A stretch of DNA of 64,000 bases from Eledone cirrhosa (lineage: Eukaryota), in the NCBI GenBank assembly GCA_964016885.1, contig OZ024745.1:63736001-63800000 (forward strand), given 5' to 3'. This document shows, in pieces, positions 40,019-53,200 of the stretch. The first letter of the stretch is position 1, and every line of letters starts with the position of its first letter. The position numbers and the translations under genes are program-made. Under the pieces are notes generated by a model, which did not search any database, had not been told where the DNA came from, and saw nothing but the letters and a program-made list of their open reading frames with translations.

Positions 40019-40383
40019 GTTATTACTCTTTGAGTCTCAGTCATTGATGTTAGTTGACTGGAAAGTTTGTTGAAATGAATATCAAGCCACTACCTGCAAC
40101 CTCAGATATTCAGGACGTATCGGAGGTTTCTTGCTGTTCCCAGCCAGCATGCCTTTTGAAGTGTTCCAAAAAGCGGGGCGGGGCCAATTTTCTTTAACCA
40201 TCCCTGGAAACCTTTTGAGATAGTACCTAGTGCGCCTATGATAATCGGGTTCACTTTGACTTCAAGGCAGTTCCAAATCCTTTTTACCTCCCACTTTAAG
40301 TCCTGGTATCGGTTAATTTTCTCCCTCTCCTTCTCTTGCACTCTCGTGTCGAATGGGCAGGCTACATCCACAATCAGGCACGA
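37441..40383 (-). mobile_element. Stack of three Dong-like copies in (TAA)n: 37441-~37710, 37783-39983 (RT to RLE) and 40027-40383
   Basis: YRPITCL, WIDYKQAFD, QGDSLSP, LFMDD, HNRPDLVV..VDVACP; shared 3' end TGACTGAGAC.CAA.G followed by (TAA)n. Confidence 0.92.
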
Positions 40384-40395
40384 TTATTATTATTA

Positions 40396-40444
<49 letters not shown>

Positions 40445-40449
40445 CATTA

Positions 40450-43400
40450 TTGGCAACCTACGTAGTAAATGGTATCATCGTGAGCTCCGCAAAGGTTTGT
40501 TATTTTCAGTTGTTTAAAATTGCCATTTATGGAAAATTGTTATTGTTATTGTATATAAGTTCACATACATTGATTTCTGAAAAGGACACTCAAAAATATT
40601 GGGGCCTTGAGCCAAAAATTTAAACTTTTTATAATTATCAAACAAAAATTTTTCTTGGAAAAATCATGGATGTCTCAGAGTCACTCCTTCCTCACAATCT
40701 AACTCCTCACACCGACACCACCATTGTAAATATTGCTACGTTTGCCAACACTGGAAATGTAAGCAGTAGCAATATTTTAAATTTGTCTCAGGCAGGCGTT
40801 CATTTCCCGCCATTACCAATGACTGCAGGTGTTAAAGCCGCCACCACCACCGCGACAACCACCACCCCACCACCACCACAGCGACAACAGAAACAAAAGA
40901 AAAAAAGAAATTAACTCGTGATATCGAAATGAATTCAACCAAAATGAACTCTTCCACACCGAACACCACTGACGCCACCACCACCACAACTGAAACTAAA
41001 ATTAACAATAGCAAAAATAACGATAACAACAATAGCAACAATGAAATTAAGAAAACTACCCTGAGTTTTGCCAGAGTAGCAAAAACGTGCGAAGCGATCA
41101 AGGTAACTAAGGAGGAATTAGAAGAAGCCAAAGGTTTGGTAAAGAAAGATGGGTACAGGGTCAGCCTCACCCACCCACCCCACACACACCTAATAAAATG
41201 GAGCAACGTCGCCTATGCATCGTATCTTATCGGACAATTAACATAAAATCGCGCCGAGTGGAACGGGCATCCGAGTCCCAAATCCAAAAAGCTTTGGGAC
41301 ATGTGTGGGCAAAAAAAAACCATATCAGACGTGGGCAGAAATATGGAACGTGGACGTGTTCTTTGAAACACCACAGGAGGCCGGAGAAGACTACATTAAG
41401 AAGCGACGACTTCACACTCGTCCCAAGCTATTGTGGCCAGAGACTTGTGAAGATCAGTGTGACCCACGTTCCACCGGCCATCGAAATTCTCTGGCTAATG
41501 GCTGCTGTCCTCGCCGGTATCGAGGCCAACACCAAGATAATTGAAATAGCAAAAGAAAAGCAGGAGAACTGGTCCGGATCTGGGATGGAGCACCTGATCC
41601 AAGCGGACCATAAAAGCATTGAGGAGATCCCAGAGGTAATAGACCTCACTGACGGCAGCCACCTCACCGTAATCGTCGAGGGCAGAAGACCTAGGTGTGT
41701 CGTTTGTGGTGAAGGAACCCACCTAAGGGCTTTCTGCCCTCAGGCTAAAAGGTTGAGGCCACCTCTCTTACCAACCCCAGTGACTCAACCATCAACACCA
41801 CCAGCAGCAGAAATGGCAGCAACAACTGTAGCAGCAACAACAGAAGCAACTGTAACAGCAACAACCCCAGCAACAGTAGCAAAACCAACACCACCACCAC
41901 CCAACGCGCCAGAACTAGCACCAGCGCCTACACCATCCACCACGCCACAACCAAAACCAACGCCTGTGGAGGATTTTCCACTCCCCGGCTTATCGCAACT
42001 GGAGACAGATTGTGACGACGAGGAGTGGGAAACGGTATCAGAAAAAAAGAAAAAAAGAAACCAAAAAGGAAAAAATTCTCTCCATCCCCCTCCAAAAACA
42101 AAATACAGAGGGAAACAAATAAATTATCAAACAAAAAAGTTAGGACAGATATGCCACCATCCACACCAGCATCACCAACCCCATCACCACAAACACCAAC
42201 ACCATCACCATCATTAACCCCAACACCACCATCACCAACACCACAAAAGTCACCAAAAAGCGTAACAGAAACAAACCCACAACAAACGCAAACAAAACAA
42301 AACAACCAAAACGATACACTCTACACAGCATTAAATTTGAACAAGGGCGGAGGATTGGCAGTATCGGTAGAGGGTCGGACGCCATGCTTTGACGCATAGA
42401 GTTACGGTCCTTGCAATTCTGAGTTCAAATCCCGCCGAGGTTACCTTTGCCTTTCATCCTTTCGGGGTCGATAAAATAAAGTACCAGTAATACACTGAGT
42501 AATTGCTGGCCTTGTGCCAAATGTATAAACAATTAAATTTGAACAACAACCAATTATTACACTACATGCAACACAACACCAGCATCACAGAAAAAGACTA
42601 CACAACAACCCAAAAGTTCACACCACCTCCACACATACAAATCACTCGCATCACACAAAAAACGTACACGACACTAAAACAAAAATTTCCCAAAGACATC
42701 GGAGACTTCCAACAAACACTCTCCAGGAGGATTTTTAAGGACATCCTTCCGGAGGCGGCCACAAGCAGGGAAAAGGATGGACAAACCATCCTTCCTCTAC
42801 GAGAAGTAAGGTAAGTGGTCTTTCCCATCTTTTCCACTCCATTTCAACATGACCTCACTCAGAATAGGCAGCATAAATACTCGTGGCTTGGGGTCGTCAT
42901 GGAAGCAGGGCCACCTGCTCAACGACCTCAGGTCACTAAACATAGATGTAGTGACCATCAGCGAGACCAGAATCTCCGAAGCACGGGCCTTCGCACCAAT
43001 CTTCGGCGGCTACGATGTGTACGCATCTCCCAGCCGTCCGGGATCGGGGGGGAGGAGTTGCCGTGCTTTTTCGGAGAGGTTTAGATCTCGCCATTCGGGC
43101 CATCTTCCTGGACCCAGAAGGTAAGTTGGTGGTGCTAGACATGACCAGTGGAGACGGGCAAGCTTTCAGGCTAGTGGCCGTCTATGCCACGACAGGAGCA
43201 GGGCCGCCTGATTTCTTCCGGCGTCTGGAGACCTTTCTTGGAACGCCCCGCTCTTTAGTGTTAGTGGGCGATTGGAACGGGATCTTAGATGTACGCTGGG
43301 ACTGTGTGGGATTAGCGGATAGGGGAGGAGGGTGTAAGAGCCTCACCAACCTGCTCAGGCGTTTTGAACTGTCTGACAGGTAGCAATTGGATTTCCCAAA

Positions 43401-45731
43401 TGTGCCAATGTAGACTTGGACAAATCGCATAGGGTCATCCAGATCATATCTAGATAGAGTATTTTGTAGAGAAATAGATAGGTCTAGCATAGGCTGTCCA
43501 CAATTCGTCTATTGCAACTGGCAACAGAACGGGAGAATTCCCATCTCTGTGAGCCGAGGAGCTGTGGCGCTGCTGAGAAAGGATCCGAACAAGGGGGATA
43601 ACATAGATAATTTTAGGCCCATAACTCTGCTAAACACAGAGTTCAAAATTTTGGCCAAGGTGCTAGCAAAGAGGTTGGCGCTTGTCGTTGGTGGTCTGGT
43701 GGGAGAGGCGCAGACATGCGCCATTCCCGACAGATCCATCCACGACAACCTCCACCTCATGCGATACATCGTAGAGAGGGTAGCTAGGGAACCTGGAACG
43801 GGTGGGTCCTTGATCAATTTAGATCAGTCGAAAGCTTTCGATAGGGTCGACCATCTTTACCTAGCGGCAGTCCTGAGGGCGGCTGGCTTTGGGCCCGTCT
43901 TCAGAGGCTGGATCGCTGCCATGCACAGCGATATCTGCTCTGTGGTGAGAGTGAACGGTCACATTTCGGAACCGTTCAACATCATGCGCTCAGTCTGCCA
44001 AGGATGTCCCCTCACGTCCCTCTTGTACGTATTGACTCTCGAGCCATTACTGCACAAACTGGAGACTTTGAGGGGGGTCCTGCGCGAACTAGGATGCGGA
44101 AGATCCGAGTCAGCATATGCGGACGATGTCACCGTAGTGGTGTCGAACGCCAAACACATCGAGGCGATCGGCACTACACTAAGAGAATACGAAGCGGTGA
44201 CAGGAGCAATGATCAACCAGGAAAAGTCAGTGGGCCTGCAGCTCGGCACCTGGAGAGGCAGGTCCATGCCGTCCAACAGCGTCGTCGGGCGCTGGACGGA
44301 CGGACCAGTTAAATTGCTCGGGGTCTGGTTCGGTCCGGATCTCCAGACGGACAAAAACTGGGACGAGGTGACGAGCAGGGTGGCTTCCCTCACCCAGAAA
44401 TGGGCCGAGAGGAAGCTATCCCTGAAAGGTCGAGCGGAGGTGGCTAACGCGTATAACGCGTCCGTCTTCTACTACCGCCTGACCGTCGTACCTTGTCCTA
44501 AGCCCCGCCTGACTGCGCTGGAGCGTTTGCTCTTTCGCTTTTTGTGGAAGGGACCGCTCCGCTGGTCAGGCAGTCCATCTGCTGTCAACACCCGCTACAT
44601 GGAGGGCTGGGAATGCCCTGGCTGATGATGCGCAGACACGCGCTCAGGCTACGACATCTCCACCTCTTCCTCGACGGTGATCAGGTGTGGTCTCCGTTTG
44701 CTAGATGGGTCTTTCCCCAGCTCGTCTCCTTGACGGAGCTGCAGTCCTGGATCAAGCGAAGACCGAGAGTGAGCGCTTGGAGACTGTAATGTCTTCAGGC
44801 GCTCACAGCCCTCGACCAATCGGGCAATGTGATCGGTGGTAACTCCACCTTGGCGTTCTGTAGAGGACAAGTGGAGGGGAAGAGCGACGACGTACTCTAG
44901 GGAAACTCTAGGCGTCGACGAAAATCAACTAGCCAATCTCTTCGGAAGAACTTTCGGGCCGGGGCCTATGGACAACTTCCAGAAATCCCTGGCCTGGTAG
45001 TGCTACCGAGGAGCTTTGCCAGTTCGGGATAAACTCTACAGGCATGAAGGTGCCGTCAGCGGGGCTTTTCCGAGATGTGCGCAGGACGACGAAACCGTCC
45101 TGCACGCACTCATCCAGTGTCCGAGCATTGCTGACTTGTGGGTTTATGTCGAACACCTGTTGTCGCGTGTAGGACGGATCCAGCTATCAGCTGACTCCAT
45201 CGTGAGGATTGCCCCACCCTCTTCCTTTAGCCGGGAAGGGCAGGCAGTTTTTATCTGTCTGGTGGCCATGGCGAAAGAGATAGTATGGTGGACACGTTTG
45301 AAAGGGCTGAAGACGAGCACTTACCTCTTCGGTGATGCCTGATTAACTTTTTCAAAGTTCATTTAAAAAGGAAAATCAGTGTAGAAAGGGAAGTGCTCTC
45401 TTCCCAGCATTTTGTTGAAATATGGGTGAGAGAGGCAAGAATGGCCCGAGTGAATGGGCCTACTCTGAGTATGTGTCTGTAAATTAAAGGTGAAAACTGG
45501 GAGAGGGCACTTGCCCTGGTGGTCAGGGTCACTGTGGCTTTTTAATGGGCTTTCTCCACGAATGTCCCTCGGAAGTCTCCCCCCTATTGGGGAATTGTTT
45601 CATTGTTCTATTATTACATCCTCTGTTTGTTGTTTTTTACACGCAGAAATGCCCATTTGTACCGCCCTCTATTGTCCTGTACTGTCCTTAATTTCTACTT
45701 TATGTAGACCCTTGTGGTTAATAAAGAAAGC
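40450..45731 (+). mobile_element. L1/Tx1-clade LINE retaining both ends, frameshifted and internally deleted
   Basis: ORF1 from ~40666 with knuckle CVVCGEGTHLRAFC; ORF2 from 42849 with SINTRGL, SET, GDWN, SYLDR; RT FRPITLLN, DQSKAFD, QGCP, YADD; C-terminal RCAQDDETVLHALIQC; ends AATAAAGAAAGC(ATT)n. Confidence 0.92.
42345..42531 (+). mobile_element. Major-family SINE inserted in Tx1 ORF1 with 15-bp TSD
   Basis: ATTAAATTTGAACAA at 42330-42344 and 42532-42546. Confidence 0.92.
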
Positions 45732-45748
45732 ATTATTATTATTATTAT

Positions 45749-45931
45749 TCTTTGAGTCTCAGTCATTGATGTTATTTACCTGGAATGTTTGTTGTAATGA
45801 ATATCAAGCTGCTACCTGCAGCTTCAGATATTCAGGACGTATTGGAGGGTTCTTGCTGTTCCCAGCAAGCATGCCTTTTGAAGTTCCAAAAAGCGGGGCT
45901 GAACTAATCTTCTTTAACCATCCTTGGAAAC
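45749..45931 (-). mobile_element. Dong-like 3'-end fragment in the (ATT)n tail of the Tx1 element
   Basis: Homologous to 40027-40210. Confidence 0.85.
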
Positions 45932-47979
45932 TTATCTGGTGGGAGAGGCGCAGACATGCGCCATTCCCGATAGATCCATACACGACAACCTCCACCTCAT
46001 GCGATACATCATAGAGAGGGTGGTTTGGGAACCTGGCACGGGTGAGGCCCTGATCAACTTAGATCAATCCAAAGCATTCGATCGGGTCGACCATCGGTAC
46101 CTGGCGGCGGTCCTCGATGCAGCCGGTTTCCGGCCCGTTTTTAGGGGTTGGATCGCTGCGACATCTGCTCAATTGTGAGGGAGAACGGTCACCTGTCGCA
46201 GCCGTTTAGCATCATGCGCTCGGTCCGCCAGGGTTGTCCCCTCTCGTCCCTCTTGTACGTATTGGCTCTCGAGCCGTTACTGCACAAACTGGGGGCGATG
46301 AGGGGCGTCCCACGTGAACTAGGATGCGGGAAACACCGTGGTGGTGTAGAGCACCAGATACATCCAGATGCTCGGCACTGCTCTCAAGGAATACGAAGCG
46401 GTGACAGGAGCAAAGATAAACTAGGAAAATCGGTCGGCTTGCAGCTCGGCAGCTGGAGAGGCAACTTCATGCCGGCCGACAACGTCGTGGGGCGTTGGAC
46501 GGACGGACCGGTTAAATTGCTCGGGGTCTGGTTCGGACCAGGCCTCCAAATGGAGAAAAACTGGAGCGAGGTGACGAGCAAGGTGGCCTTCCTCACTCAG
46601 AAATGGGCCAAGAGGAAGCTGTCCCTGAAAGGCCGGGCGGAGGTGGAAAATGCGTACATCGCATCCGTCATCTGCTACCGCCTCACCGTCGTCCCTTGCC
46701 CCGGCCCAACTCTCACCAAAATGGAGCGCCTCCTTTGAAAACGAGGTAAATTTTTGTGGAAGGGACGTGCTCCCATGGTCTGACGATCCATCTGCTATCA
46801 ACAACCGTTGCGTCGAGGACTCGGCATGCCATGACTGATGATGCGCAATCAAGCGCTGAGACTGCGACATCTCTGGTGCTTTCTTGACGGTAAACAGGTG
46901 TAGTCGCCGTTCGCTAGGCACGTTTTCCCACAGCTCATCGCCTTGACACAGCTGCAGTCCTGGGTCAGGAAAAGACCGAGTGATAGCGCTTGGAAACTGG
47001 AATGTATCCAGGCCCTCACTGCCCTCTGCCAGCTGGGCACCAGTATCGGTGGAACATCCACCTCGGCGTTCTATAGAGGACTAGTAGAGGGGAAGAGCGA
47101 CGACGTTCTCGGAGAGATCCTGGGCGTCGAAGAAGATCAGCTGTTTGCTCTCTTCCGGAGAACTTTCAGCCCAGGGCCTATGGATAACTTCCAAACATCC
47201 CTGGCCTGGCAGTGCTACCGGGGAGCGTTTCCGGTCGAGATAAGCTCTACAGGCACTGAAGTGCCATCAGCCGAGCCTGTCCGAGATGCGCACAGAGCCA
47301 CGAAACCGTCGTTCACGCCCTCGTTAAGTGCCCAAGCATTGCTGACTTGTGGAACTATATTGAACAGTTGCTGTCGCGTGTAGGACTGAGTCCATTGTGC
47401 AGATGGTCTCGCCGTCTTCCTTCGAGGAGGAAGTGCAGGCGGCTTTCATCTGCCTGGTGGCCATGGCGAAAGTGATTGTGTGGTGGACAAGGTTGAAAAG
47501 GTTAAAGACAGACAGTTTCCTCTTCGGCGAATCCCTAATTAACTTTTTCAAGTTTCATTTGAAGAGGAAAATCAGGGTGGAGAAGCAAGTGCTGCCTTCT
47601 AGCAAGTTTGTTGAAAGGTGGGTGAATGTAGCGAGAATGGCCCCAGTGAACGGGACCGCTCTGAATATACGGCTGTAGTTTGAGAAATGGAAAAATTGAG
47701 AGAGAGCGGTTGCTCTGGTGGTCAGGGGGCCGTGGTCTTTTGTGTGGTTTTCACCACGAGTAACCCTCGGAGGTTTCCCCTCTGTTGGGGAATTTTTCAT
47801 TGTTTCAATTTTCATTTTTATTGTTTATATATATATATGTTTGTATGTCTTTTTTTGATTTTCTTATATAAATAATAAAAAATCTTTATACGCACAAAAC
47901 CCACATTGTACCGTCCTGTACCGTCATGTGCCGTCTGTAATGTTTTTGTTGATGTCAGCCCTTGTGGCCAATAAAGAAA

Positions 47980-47981
<2 letters not shown>
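45932..47981 (+). mobile_element. 5'-truncated second Tx1-clade copy (diverged subfamily)
   Basis: Collinear with ~43695-45730; ends CCCTTGTGGCCAATAAAGAAATC(ATT)n. Confidence 0.92.
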
Positions 47982-48011
<30 letters not shown>

Positions 48012-48013
<2 letters not shown>

Positions 48014-50900
48014 AGTTGCATTTATCTTGCCTTAGGTTCATACGAGTTATATATCAGGTCTAGTTGCATCTATTTTTCGGTCTGTTTGGATGCTAATGTT
48101 CCACAAGATTGAGATGTTTTCTTTTTCAAGTACGGGGGGGGGGGTGATGCTCCCACCAATTCTTTTGATGGGGCAGGTCAAAATGCTTACACATTATCCA
48201 ATGTATGTATTGTGCAGCTCTGTCGTGCCTGTTTAGGTATTCGGTTGGAGCTATAGGACTGCACATTGAAATTATATGATACATGGCATAATGGGTTGCA
48301 TCCATTTTTTATTATGTTGGCTTGGTAATTTTTTGTTGGCCGACATTGATCTTGTGCTGATATAATCAGTCCTTCAGTCTCCGATTTCAGTCCAGAGGAT
48401 ACCAACCACTGATGGGATAAAGGTTTGTCAACATCAGGATTATTAGCTCTTTCAGGGTATTTTCCATACATAGGCTTTTCTTGCCATTTCTTAGCCAGTT
48501 TCTGTAGCGGTTCTTTCTTTGCAGTTACATTTACCTGCTTTGCTTTTTCTGTGTTTTTCATTTCAGCAGTAAATGGAACTTCTGAAATTTGTAGTTCATT
48601 ACTGTAATTTTGTGCATCTTTTGTAATGGAGTATGATCTTTTGATGCTTTCTGTTTCAAAACGAGTTTGATCACCCAATTAGGTATGTAGATAATCCAAT
48701 TGTTGCAGTTTTCAACGCAATATCTAACTGGTTTAACTCACGTCCGCCTTCTTTCCTAAGGAGATATATTCTATCGGTATCTGCCTTAGGGTGATGCATT
48801 CTGTGCATGGTTGAGTACTTTCTAATTTTTGCATCGAGCCTACGAATCGCTGTGCTTGACCAGTTGATGACATTGTAACTGTAGGTTACTACTGGTATGG
48901 CAAGCGTGTTTATGCATCGATCCTATTCCTTGCATTCAATTCCGTTCTTAAGATTGCTCTTACTCTGCGGTAACATTCCTTCCTTATCCTTTCCCTCATT
49001 GTCGAGTGCTTGATTCCGTCTCCTTCACAAACACCTAGATATTTGTAAGTTTCCTCTTGATCAAGTTGTCTTATCACATTTCCCCGATCAAGATTAATGT
49101 CTGAACTTTTCATCAGCTTTCCCCTGGTGAACGTTGCTTTGGCGCATTTATCTAGTCCAAACTCCATTTTAATGTCATCACTGAACTGCTCCACAGTGGA
49201 TAATAGCCCTTACAATTGTTCATCATTTTTTGCAAATAGTTTCAGGTCATCCATGTAGAACAAGTGATTAATGGTTTTCTCATAGACTTTATATCCATGT
49301 TTTGTTTCATTGAGCATTTTACTTAATGGTATAAGTGCGATGCAGAATAAAAGCGGTGATAAAGAGTCACCCGGAAAAATTCCACAATTAATTTTAACTT
49401 CTCCAGCTTCCAGTGATTCCTTTTCACTATTCAAAAGGAGTGTCGTTTTCCATGTCTTCATACTGAATGACAAGAACCTCCTGACCACGGGAGATATTTT
49501 GAAAATCTCTAAACATTTTTCAATCCAACTGTGTGGCAAACTATCGAATGCTTTTTCATAATCTATCCAAGCAATTGATAGATTTTTGTGTCTATTATGA
49601 CAATCTTCCAGTATCATTTTGTTAACCAAAAGCTGATCTTACAGACATATGAGCCTCGTTTACACCCTTTCTGCTCATTGGGAAATAGGTCATTTGTTAT
49701 CAGGTGGTCATATGTATATTCAGTTAGGACTGATGTTAAAATTTTATACATTGTGGTCAAGCAAGTTATCGGTCTGTAATGTTTGGGATTGTTTGGGATC
49801 ATTATTCTTTGGAAGCAGGAATGTAATGCCGTTAACTAGCCATTTCTGGATCCTTAACTATTTCATTGTAAAGTTGGGCTAACAGCTCATGAGACTCTGT
49901 GAAGGCATTTATCCAAAAATTTGGTATTTTGTCTTTTCCTGGGGATTTCCATTTGCTGGTTTTTCTAAGAGCCAAACGCAACTGTTCAACTGTTATATTT
50001 TCCCATATTTGTTCCTCAAGGTGAGCTGTATCTTTCATTTGTCTGTCTATCCATGGAGTATGTATATTATGAACTTTTTCTTCAGCCCAGATCTTTTCCC
50101 AGAATTCTTGCACTTCCTCCTTGGGAGGTATTGATTTAGCAGTTATTGTTGACTTGCCAATTTTTCTGTAGAAGTTTCTTTGGTTGTTTTTGAACATATT
50201 ATTGTCCTTATAGAATCTAGATCGTTTTTCAAAGCGCCTTATACGAGCAACTTTGGCCGACACTTTTTGCTTGATTAATTCTATCAGCATGTCTATGTCA
50301 CTTGTTGATTTTATACTGTATTTTCTTTTCAATTTTCTAAGTTTAGTTTGTTTAACATGTTCACCTACTTTGTAGTTTGTTAGAATTCCTCTGCCAGATC
50401 GGAGAAGGTTTATTTGGCGATTGATGTTCTCTTGCCAAGTAGATTTCTTGTAGGAATTCCTTTGTTTTTTCATTCCACATAAGTGAGTGGTGACTTTAGC
50501 CGACGCATAATAGAGATGATTTAAATCAGTAATGTTTAGTTTGTTTGTTATGATAATGTTTTTGAGAATTATGTTAGTCTTGTGTATTATCTTTTGGTTC
50601 TGTTTGGAGTTCTGGATCTTAGGGAGGGTGTCTCGTTCCCCCATGTCAGATTCTTTCATTTTCATCCATTCGATCATAATTTCATCCTTCAAGTTGGCAA
50701 GTTCATTCTCATTCATTTCTTTATCATTTACGATCTCATTGTTTTTATTTTGAGTTTCATCTTGAGCATACACTCCCTCCACTTTTTCGATCCTTTCCTT
50801 AATTTTTTCTGTTGTCAGTGATTCTGTCCCAACACTGGGATTCGAAGTGTTACAATTTACCTCGTTTTCACTGACACATGTTTCATTTTCCCTTCGCTGA
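48012..50900 (-). mobile_element. R4/Dong-like LINE of another family, lacking its 3' end
   Basis: KWKSPGKDKIPNFW, YRPITCL, WIDYEKAFD, GDSLSP, FYMDD, LKSETEGLI, RPD near 48060; abuts (TAA)n. Confidence 0.9.
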
Positions 50901-51060
50901 CTTTGTGATTTAAATCATCTCTATTATGCATCGGCTAAAGTCACCACTCACTTATGTGGCTTGAAAATGAAAAAAACAAAGGAATTCCTACAAGAAATCT
51001 ACTTGGCAAGAGAACATCAATCGCCAAATAAACCTTCTCCGATCTGACATAGAAATGTTA

Positions 51061-51761
51061 ACAAATAGATGTAGAACAATTATATAAAAGACGTAAAATG
51101 CGTTAATAACTAACATTTTCTTATTTTACGTCTTTTATATAATTGTTCTACATCTATTTGTATCGAACCACAAAGTTACTAAGACAAAACCTATATCTTT
51201 GCTAGCGTAAATATACATCTGTATAAATATGTTGGTAAATATACTAATTTTTTATAATTATCTCCAAATTATTTGTTGAGCAAAATTTGCCTAAATTACT
51301 ACTATGGTTCATAGTATTAAGCCTGGCTACTGTCTTTTTAACACCCCCCACTCCTCACTGATTAACATCGATGTCACGTGATTGATTCCTTTGAATTTAC
51401 CACTGACCAGGAAGGCGGTGAAGTTTTCAATGGCTTGGGATTTAGTCCACGCTAGCTTTTTTCCATCCAATGAATTATTTTTGTATTCGATCCCTGTGTC
51501 TGCGAATCGCCAGGAATCTTAGCCCAGAATGACTCCCTGATGAAGAAAGGATTCTCCATAGTCTCCATTTGGAAAAGTATGTATATCCCCTTTCAGAAAC
51601 TAATTAGTTGGAGTGAAATTTAAGTAAATGAGTTAATTACTATAATTTTCTTATTTTACGTCTTTTATATAATTGTTCTACATCTATTTGTATCGAACTA
51701 CAAAGTTACTAAGACAAAACCTATATCTTTGCTACCTGTATAAATATGTTGGTAAATATAC

Positions 51762-51766
<5 letters not shown>
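51061..51766 (+). mobile_element. Non-coding pLTR-like mini element: short inverted end plus ~125-bp direct repeats around a hammerhead
   Basis: 51115-51248 repeats at ~51645-51766; 51061-51099 is an inverted copy of the repeat start. Confidence 0.75.
51532..51614 (+). ncRNA. Type I hammerhead ribozyme motif with enlarged stem II loop
   Basis: ACTCC / CTGATGA / A-GAAAGG...CCTTTC-A / GAAA CTAATTAG TT / GGAGT; palindromic stem III ACTAATTAGT. Confidence 0.8.
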
Positions 51767-51843
<77 letters not shown>

Positions 51844-52149
51844 CATTATTATTATTATCTTTATTGATATTGTTGTTGTTATTATTTTCATCATTATCAT
51901 TGTAATGGCGATTCCTGTGGAGTTGACATTGAATATTGTAATCGTACGATCACCATAACGTTTTTATGCTTCGTATTTATGTAATTTTAACTTCTCTCTA
52001 AAGAAAATTGCTTTGAAACTAATTTCAACTGGAATGGGGTGCAGTAAAATATACATTAGAAGAAAACGGTTCACATGAAATATTTATATGTTGGAGCAAT
52101 AATTTAGAAATTTAATGATCTGATTTAATTGCAAGAAAAGTGACATAGT

Positions 52150-53200
52150 TACCATATGAAACCCTAAGGCTACATTCTTCAGCTGAAGAAAAGTATGGTT
52201 ACAAGGATTAGTTACTAGCATTAGCTTGTGTTGATATATGCGAGTATGAATCGAATTTAAATTTAAAGCAGAATGACTGTATGTTGCTGCTCGATAAAAA
52301 GAAATAACATTTTGAACAGAATATTTGCTTTTCTTCGCATTCATTAGGCATTCTGGATCATTCTCAAAACCGAAATGATAATAGAATCCCTGTTATATTA
52401 AATCCATGGTGAGATCATTGCCGGAATACCTTTGGAAATTGGTCTGCTTAACCACTATTCCTGTGGGCTAAGTAACAGCAACTTCTGATATTTCAGCCAA
52501 TGTCGGAATATCTACAGATTCATGGGCAGGCCATAAATTCCAACCAAATCTAACCCAAATCACACGCAACCATTTTAACACTGGACAAATTTGACTACAC
52601 AGACTACATAGATATAGGAAAAAGAGAGTATATTCCTGTCCGGAACACCCTTGATAATACATCGTCACATTCAGAAATTCTTCTAGGATTAAGCGAACCC
52701 ATCATCAATGGCATCAACAACTTCTACTGTTTTTTTATAATAATTAACATATCCGACTTCAGCCTCTGAAAGCAGCACGAATGAAGACAATGATGTAATT
52801 GATGTGATTTAGCCACCCAGTATCGATTTAAATAGAGTGAATGTTTTACACTGGCTACCTGTTATATCAGCTTTTGAAATATGACAAACAATTCTGGTAT
52901 TTTGTTTGTTTTATTATACTTTACATCATCTGCCGTTTCGAAGGAACCTGACAATACTGAAACCCCCAAAGCTTAATATTAAAAGGAAAGTCTTATTTAG
53001 AACATGTAATCAGGTATTTTGGTGATGCATTGTTCAATTCCACACAGGAAATCTTTCAAAAGATTTGATAATCTTGCTGATAAATATAAACTCATTAAAG
53101 TTCTATATACAGGGATGTTATATTGCACACACATCATTATAATATGTCGGTCATTAGTGGCAGGTACTACCCAAGTGTATAGACTTGAATCATAATAATA
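52150..53200 (-). pseudogene. Heavily decayed PLE RT remnant
   Basis: Ordered motif-like pieces NIPVYRTLMS..LSARLSNLLK, MMGSLNP, KWLR..LWPAHE, SFYRAATYS...SIH. Confidence 0.4.
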
